Virus genome (UHGV): UHGV-1370141
Reading direction: 5' to 3' (one strand)
Length of the DNA stretch: 64,000 bases
Origin: a virus
Shown: in pieces, positions 58,319 to 64,000 of the stretch
Layout: the number at the start of each line of letters is the position of its first letter
Numbering within the stretch: position 1 is the first letter of the stretch
The notes under the pieces: model-generated
Databases searched by the model: none
Told to the model about the DNA's origin: nothing
Seen by the model: the letters and a program-made list of their open reading frames with translations, nothing else
Made by a program: the position numbers and the translations under genes

Positions 58319-59131
58319 ATGAGTGTCATCGACTACTGTCTACGGAGAATACGTCGAGAGATTCCAGAACCGATTCTTCGCGCTGCGTTTGTACCCAAAA
58401 ATCTTCGCTATTACGGTGTTGCGTCTTCCTTAGATAACGAGATTACTGAAAAGGTATTTAAAGAATACCTTATCCCAGAAGTTTCCCGTCTAGGTCAATA
58501 CACCGAAATCGACCTCCAAGGTTTACCTTTTGAGAACGACACCCAGGATTACTACTCACGTATCTATTACCTGGATGACATTAAGACCGGGGGTAGACCG
58601 ATACTGGACGTCCACATTGCCGTAACGCCGGTGGCAGGGCAAGCGTACACCTTACCCCCAGCAGGATCTTATTTAGACGGGGCAACTTCAGGGGTGCTGG
58701 CCTCCACGCAACAAGTAGTGGATAGTCAATCTGCAATGCCGCGTATCTCCTCACCCGAAGTTAAGAAACTTGGGCCGAACACCATCAAAATCAAAGACCC
58801 AGGAATGTTCGTCTACGCAACTAAGCTTCAAGTTAAGTTTGCAATGTCTGATGACTTAAACGAAATCAAACCGGCCTTCTATCCGGTAGTTGCAGATATG
58901 GCACTGTACGCCACTAAGCAGGTCATCTACAACAAAATGATTTTCGATATGGATTCAGGTCATCTTGAAAACGGTATGGAGTTCGGGGCGTTTAAAAACG
59001 TTATCGAAGGCTATTCCGACGCCGGGGAAATGTTCAACGACAACCTACCACGCCTACAGCGTGCGATGGTTCACAACGACGACGCAGGCAACCGTTACAA
59101 CTACATGTCTGGCGGTCGTTTCAAATCTTAA
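58319..59131 (+). CDS. hypothetical protein (270 aa)
   Basis: ORF track; RBS AGGAG. Confidence 0.6.
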   Translation: MSVIDYCLRRIRREIPEPILRAAFVPKNLRYYGVASSLDNEITEKVFKEYLIPEVSRLGQYTEIDLQGLPFENDTQDYYSRIYYLDDIKTGGRPILDVHIAVTPVAGQAYTLPPAGSYLDGATSGVLASTQQVVDSQSAMPRISSPEVKKLGPNTIKIKDPGMFVYATKLQVKFAMSDDLNEIKPAFYPVVADMALYATKQVIYNKMIFDMDSGHLENGMEFGAFKNVIEGYSDAGEMFNDNLPRLQRAMVHNDDAGNRYNYMSGGRFKS

Positions 59132-59174
59132 CAAAAAAAGAAAACCTACCCACTACTCCGTTCGAGTAGTGGGT
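59132..59174. terminator. bidirectional terminator
   Basis: A-run then ACCCACTACTC-CGTTC-GAGTAGTGGGT. Confidence 0.55.
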
Positions 59175-59184
59175 CTTATCGTTT

Positions 59185-59565
59185 TCACTGCAACATATTT
59201 TTTAAATGACATGCGGTTCCTGTTGTCCATGCCACACCGTTGCGAATGTTTTCAGGTTGGGCATTCACAAGTCGACGTAAAGAAATGATATTCTCCGCAG
59301 GGCCAGCAATCGGTAAGCTGTACGGAACCGTCATCTCTGCCATATATTGCACGACATCATCGTAACCCTCAGGTACACCCCAGTCGATGACTGAACCTTC
59401 AGCAATATCGCTGTAGCGTGTATTTTTGTATTCGTCAGGATGTAATACAAACCCCCACTCTAAAGACGAGATAAGTTTTTTGTCTAACTCGCACCGTAGA
59501 GTAATTTTACTCAATGCGTCCGGGTGCACCAAAATCACGTCCAGCGGACGCAGTGTAGTATTCAT
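59185..59565 (-). CDS. hypothetical protein (126 aa)
   Basis: ORF track. Confidence 0.5.
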   Translation of the reverse strand: MNTTLRPLDVILVHPDALSKITLRCELDKKLISSLEWGFVLHPDEYKNTRYSDIAEGSVIDWGVPEGYDDVVQYMAEMTVPYSLPIAGPAENIISLRRLVNAQPENIRNGVAWTTGTACHLKNMLQ

Positions 59566-59584
59566 TTTTCTCTCCCACTATAAC

Positions 59585-59986
59585 TCAATGGACATTAGAC
59601 AGCTTATTGGTTGCCTGGTACTGGAAACTACAGATTGCATCCAATAACACAGAGAAAGCTTCCATAACGGTAATCTGTTGGTTTATAACAGCATGACTGA
59701 TTTCAACCATAAACGACTGTACAAACTTTGATGTTGTAGCACAGACTTCGTTTCGGGTAATGTGATAATTCGTCCTGATAACAGGGACATCTTCATGCAT
59801 TAAAACAGAAGACACATCTTCAGACTCCATGCTATCAAACCATTCTTTAAAAGCAGGGTATTCAGTAATAATCGGCATTAGCATGTAGATAACATGAAAC
59901 CCCAATCGACTACGAATTGCAACTTCGTTCGGAAAACGCTTTTGTTCTAGTAAACTATAAAAATCGTATTGTGGTTGTTCGTTCAC
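59585..59986 (-). CDS. hypothetical protein (133 aa)
   Basis: ORF track. Confidence 0.5.
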   Translation of the reverse strand: MNEQPQYDFYSLLEQKRFPNEVAIRSRLGFHVIYMLMPIITEYPAFKEWFDSMESEDVSSVLMHEDVPVIRTNYHITRNEVCATTSKFVQSFMVEISHAVINQQITVMEAFSVLLDAICSFQYQATNKLSNVH

Positions 59987-60079
59987 GGTACCACCTCCTA
60001 TAAATACATACCAGTACCGTAAAAATCAAAAAAAATGGGGACACGCAGTCCCCAAACACCCTCTATAGCTGATTTATAG

Positions 60080-60520
60080 TTATACTAATTCGGCAACGTG
60101 TCGTTCGTGGTAGAGCTCTGCTAACTGCTTCGTTTTAATACGTAACTCACCTCTGTCGTAAACTAATACCCGACCTGCCCCGTTTGTTCCTAACTCGGTA
60201 TAAATCGCTAAACCGTACCGTCTTACAAATTCAATTGCCGGGAACGTAAATTCTTCACCGTCACAACGAAACACCAACATACACCACGGATTAGGGTTTA
60301 GGTGCTTACGCTCTTTCCCGTCCGCCCACCGTAAACTAAATTCATTCCGATTACGATTCAACACACGTTCAACGAATCGCTCTACTAACTTACCGGTTGG
60401 CCCATCTTCAGGTAACGCTTGCCACACGGAGAAATGTCGTGACAGAAACGGACGAATAACCGCCGCTTCTTCGAATGAATAACCCATACCCATTAATCCT
60501 TCAATCGCATCTAATTTCAT
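60080..60520 (-). CDS. hypothetical protein (146 aa)
   Basis: ORF track. Confidence 0.55.
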   Translation of the reverse strand: MKLDAIEGLMGMGYSFEEAAVIRPFLSRHFSVWQALPEDGPTGKLVERFVERVLNRNRNEFSLRWADGKERKHLNPNPWCMLVFRCDGEEFTFPAIEFVRRYGLAIYTELGTNGAGRVLVYDRGELRIKTKQLAELYHERHVAELV

Positions 60521-60563
60521 TTTATCAGTTCCTAAAAAGTCGAAGTAAACGTTTCACGCGAAC

Positions 60564-60588
60564 ACTCACTAAAATAATATCTATCTCT
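60564..60588 (-). promoter_or_regulatory. AT-rich promoter-like motif (class 2)
   Basis: plus-strand ACTCACTAAAATAATATCTATCTCT ~45 nt upstream of 60520 start. Confidence 0.4.
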
Positions 60589-60601
60589 AAAATTTTGCGA
60601 T

Positions 60602-60638
60602 AAAAAAGAATATACCTACCTCCTTTCGGAGGTAGGTA
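60602..60638 (-). terminator. terminator hairpin
   Basis: A-run then TACCTACCTCC-TTTC-GGAGGTAGGTA. Confidence 0.55.
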
Positions 60639-60740
60639 CGTTCCCTGGCATCGGCATGAAACTACAGGATTAAACCCTTCAGGGCATGAGAATGGGCATT
60701 CTCGAAGGGCGGGCTTTAGCTTTCGGCAGAGCTAAACTGG

Positions 60741-61388
60741 TTATCTCAGGTTATCGATGGTTTTACCTTCACTGTTCATGATGTAAACCGCATCACCTGG
60801 ATAGAAAAATTCGTAAGCATCGTCGACATGTAACACGCCGATAGCCTCGTCAACAGAGTGCTTACCGCTACGGAGCTGATTCTGATAGAAAGTATCACCG
60901 TCTTCGTTGATCAACTCGCGGACTAATTCGACTTCTTGAGATGGAATTGCAAAAGACATCTCTTCTAGGGTAAACCCTACAAAACGGCACACAAAGTCGA
61001 CTGTTACCCCAGGAACATAAATTTCATCGACGGACGTTTCTCCGGTATCCGGATTAAACGGTCGAATAAAAACGACACGTCCAGATGGTGAGGTAGCTTT
61101 CTGTCCTGGAAATGCCCAGGCCCAACCGTCGGTGTTTTTCAGAAATGGGTAAATGGCAGTCAACGTTGACGCTATAAGCAGAGGATCTAACCCTATCAGG
61201 GTCTCATACTCAATCCGAGTGGGTTTTCTCGGCAAATCGATGGCGCTGTTAAAACATAATTCGTTATTTTCGCCGTTAACGACTTTAAGTGCTTCTTTGT
61301 AAACACGGGACATTTTGTCACCTAAACGTACACGTTCGTGTACAGTGATGACTCGATCACCGTTAATGATACGTTTAACTGTAAGCAT
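60741..61388 (-). CDS. hypothetical protein (215 aa)
   Basis: ORF track. Confidence 0.55.
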   Translation of the reverse strand: MLTVKRIINGDRVITVHERVRLGDKMSRVYKEALKVVNGENNELCFNSAIDLPRKPTRIEYETLIGLDPLLIASTLTAIYPFLKNTDGWAWAFPGQKATSPSGRVVFIRPFNPDTGETSVDEIYVPGVTVDFVCRFVGFTLEEMSFAIPSQEVELVRELINEDGDTFYQNQLRSGKHSVDEAIGVLHVDDAYEFFYPGDAVYIMNSEGKTIDNLR

Positions 61389-62041
61389 TTCTGTTACCTC
61401 GTTCTGTTACTACTACTCGTTCTGTTGTACGTCGCTATACCCCGACGTGTGGGTTAATGGGACGCGTTGAACGTCTGTTGAGGCGCAGCAGGCAGTGGCA
61501 GCAATGACAGCAAGGGCAGCAATGGTACAAACGCCAACGCGAATAAAAAACGCTACTGTCACTGAACACAGCTTCAGAATACTGACAATAACGCAAAAAG
61601 GGTGTCGCTAACGGGTGTCGAGCCCCAGCCTCGGTGTGTAGCCACGTCACCAGGCATAGCGACAAAGTTCGGTACTGGTCAAACACAGCATGACATGGGA
61701 CGATGAAGGTTTACAGGTGATCATCGACCAGTACCGTCGAGTTAACACGTAACTCTCAATTCACATTACAGGGTATTCACGTTACACTTAGGGGAAATAC
61801 CCAATAATTAAATTCTTGGTGGGTGCAGGTGGGAGGTTTTATCCTCCCACCGTACAACCGTTTAGGTGGTCTAACCACCAGGGTCTCACGACCCTAACGT
61901 AAGTCCGAACTTAATCGGTAGGTGTTTACACGTTTTTAAGGAGCTTTCTACCCGTGAGCAAGAGCAGAAGTTATCAGAACAACCGACGCTCAGTTGAAGG
62001 CTGACGAGTTTGTAACTCTTGTTCGATTGCTCTAATCTGGG

Positions 62042-62114
62042 CGACCAATGGCAGGATTCGAACCTGCGAAATAACCGATTATTAGTCGGGTGTTAATTCC
62101 TCTAACTTCAATGG
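62042..62114 (-). tRNA. tRNA-like gene, possibly degenerate (anticodon loop reads as AAU)
   Basis: hand-folded cloverleaf: T-arm GCAGG-TTCGAAT-CCTGC, D-arm GTTA/TAAC with GG loop; but A at position 8, a U-U acceptor mismatch and a C-U anticodon-stem mismatch. Confidence 0.4.
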
Positions 62115-62124
62115 TCTAAATCCA

Positions 62125-62625
62125 TCAAAACAGCTTAAGTGATTGCGTTTGTCCGCCGCTGTACAGGTCGTAACGTTTCGCCACTTCCACCGCAGTGGGG
62201 GCGTCAACGCCAGCGCCTAATGCACCCAGGGCATAGTGAGCACCTGAGCCTATCGCATACGGTGGCTCTACAAACACGTAACTGGCGTATTTGTTGTCTT
62301 TGCACTTCGAGGCATCAATAACACGCCCGTCTGTCAAAACAGCAAGTACGATAAATTCAATCTGTTCGGGATACGTCGTTTCAAAACGAACCCCACCCCG
62401 TTCGATACCGCCGAAACGTTCAAGCGTGAGTTCTTGACGCACGGATTGCAATGCGGCGACATCACCTGCCAAACCAATCGCTTTCACGTCCTCACCCAAA
62501 AGCTTCCACGTCGTACCCTCAGGCGGCGTGTGAATCTTACGGTATTGCGTAGCAGCGCTTCGCTCTTCCACGGTGACTTGGCCATCGCAAGCTAACGTCT
62601 TTCCGTCAAAAACAATCGTGGTCAT
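62125..62625 (-). CDS. hslV: HslV-like Ntn-hydrolase peptidase (proteasome beta-type)
   Basis: MTTIVFDG...ACDGQVT...GLAGDVAA...AIGSGAHYALGA matches HslV MTTIV...AGDGQ...GFAGG...AIGSGG pattern (recalled); start overlaps upstream stop (TAATG). Confidence 0.65.
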   Translation of the reverse strand: MTTIVFDGKTLACDGQVTVEERSAATQYRKIHTPPEGTTWKLLGEDVKAIGLAGDVAALQSVRQELTLERFGGIERGGVRFETTYPEQIEFIVLAVLTDGRVIDASKCKDNKYASYVFVEPPYAIGSGAHYALGALGAGVDAPTAVEVAKRYDLYSGGQTQSLKLF

Positions 62626-62969
62626 TATGGCGAACCCCAATCCATGATGAACGTAGCCATGCACTGCTCGGCGTGTTTCATGATAGCTTTGTGCAAGCAT
62701 CTCTGAACCGCTGAGAACAGGTAAGGCCGATAACACACATGCGACTCCTTGGGAGACGGGGTGTGAGTAACCAACTGACCATCGGTGAGTTTAACACAAA
62801 CCGTAACAAGCTCTGTGTTTCGCCAATGGTTCACTGACACTGTCTCGATGCAGTTTAGCAGCGACGAATCATAACAACCCCAATTCTCGGGCGCTTTTAG
62901 CAGCCTGCCCAATTCATCGAGTCGGTACGGGACATTCGAACCGATGTTCGGAACGTCTTTGGAATCCAT
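62625..62969 (-). CDS. hypothetical protein, translationally coupled to hslV-like gene
   Basis: start moved to MDSKDV ATG preceded by GGAG; track start 63065 lies in ORF-poor sequence. Confidence 0.4.
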   Translation of the reverse strand: MDSKDVPNIGSNVPYRLDELGRLLKAPENWGCYDSSLLNCIETVSVNHWRNTELVTVCVKLTDGQLVTHTPSPKESHVCYRPYLFSAVQRCLHKAIMKHAEQCMATFIMDWGSP

Positions 62970-63649
62970 ATTAAAATCTCCTGCCGTGGTTTGTGTCACA
63001 CCAACAGGAAACTCTGTAAAAAATAATTCAGCTGCGTACCGGCGTTTCTCAACGGGAGTACGCACCCCTCTCGTCTTTGCGAGCCGTCAAGCTAGAGGAC
63101 ATCACACTGCCAGCGCTACCTGGAGCAGGGTTGTTTCGACGCAACGTCGTAATTCGGATTCTGGCCGCACCTCTGGGAGCGCATCCCACCGTCGGCTGCC
63201 CGCAGGTAAGTTCTACGGACCTCTCGCCAACGTCGCCCCCAGAGGCTGCCACGGTTCACTCGGATTTTCTCATGTCGGCCACGCGTCGCTGATAGCGCGG
63301 CTTCCCCCAAACTTCGTAAGTCGCGGGAACGGTACCGAGCACCTGAATTCGTGGGGTTTACCAACCCCTGAGGTTTTTATCCGAAGTCACGGAAACCCCA
63401 TAGTAAAACAAACCGCCAGTGTTAGGCCGAACGTTTTGTTTTTCCCAGCACACGGTGAACTAAAATCCATGCACTTGAAAAAACACCCCTGGCCAATAAC
63501 CAACCAGGGGGTTCGAGCTCTGCTGAATCATCGCAGACAGTAATCGTGTTGAGCTGTGAGCAGTAATACCTGAACTCCGAAAAATCTTCGTGGTTGTAAA
63601 TCAACCCCACGCAAATCCTCCGAACATACCATAGGGTTTTAACGTTCGG

Positions 63650-63858
63650 AAAAGGGGAATGGGGGTTTACCCCTTGGGTCAGGTGTTCAGGATCTCCCCG
63701 GAAGGGTAACCCCTACCCGATCCCCCAGGTGGGGATTTTACCCTGGCGAATTACCCCGGGTACGATTTTCGGTTTTTCCGGAAAATACCGCTCACCGATC
63801 CCCACCCCCTCACCGGGGGTCAGAGCGAGATCAGATCTCATAATAAGGATCGCGCGCG
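63650..63858. repeat. GC-rich cluster of short palindromes and G/C tracts
   Basis: GGGGAATGGGGG, CCCCAGGTGGGG, TTTTCCGGAAAA (perfect 12-bp palindrome), CCCCACCCCCTCACCGGGGG, GATCGCGCGCG; no credible ORF. Confidence 0.45.
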
Positions 63859-63977
63859 TTTTATATATATTTATATATAATATATATTATATATAATAAT
63901 TATATTATTAATATATTTATTTAATATATTTATATTTATTAAAATAAATATATATTAAAATATATAATTAAATAATA
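63859..63977. repeat. 119-bp tract of pure A+T
   Basis: no G or C between ~63859 and ~63977; TATATA/ATTAT-type low complexity. Confidence 0.7.
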
Positions 63978-64000
63978 CCAAAAGGTATTATTATTTTGAT

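Noticed and set aside
61435-61686. 83-aa Cys-rich minus-strand ORF
   Set aside because: Product is a CCPCCHCCHC-type artefact of repetitive GCAGCA sequence; no start context.
62944-63543. 199-aa plus-strand ORF
   Set aside because: Arg/Ser-rich junk-like product in a GC-rich palindromic region; no RBS.
63859-63977. AT tract as a possible CRISPR array or tandem repeat
   Set aside because: No regular repeat-spacer periodicity; it is simple A+T low complexity.

Overview
This window reads as a fragment of a jumbo phage with a split multisubunit RNA polymerase (phiKZ-like, candidate nucleus-forming lineage), likely infecting a Gram-negative host. Coding is dense and almost entirely on the minus strand, in operons separated by A-run/hairpin/T-run terminators. 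Calls I can support from motifs: DHFR; an SF2 helicase; RNAP beta C-terminal-like and beta' C-terminal-like subunits; an RNAP beta' N-terminal subunit gene interrupted by a group I intron just before the catalytic DFDGD motif; a 612-aa chimallin-like candidate immediately upstream of that RNAP gene; an HslV-like peptidase; a calcineurin-like (SbcD/Mre11-type) phosphoesterase; a DEDDy exonuclease-domain protein; an SSB-like protein; a small lipoprotein; and one tRNA-like gene. Most other ORFs are hypothetical. Beyond the intron, the main things worth a second look are two adjacent proteins with FG/SFG-repeat tails, a tandem pair of acidic paralogs, two recurring AT-rich promoter-like motif families, and the last ~1.4 kb (HslV-like gene, then a GC-rich palindrome cluster abutting a 119-bp pure A+T tract). 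Nothing was computed or searched; all homology statements rest on motifs read by eye and recalled family consensus. Coordinates I derived myself may be off by 1-2 nt; CDS coordinates otherwise follow the ORF track.
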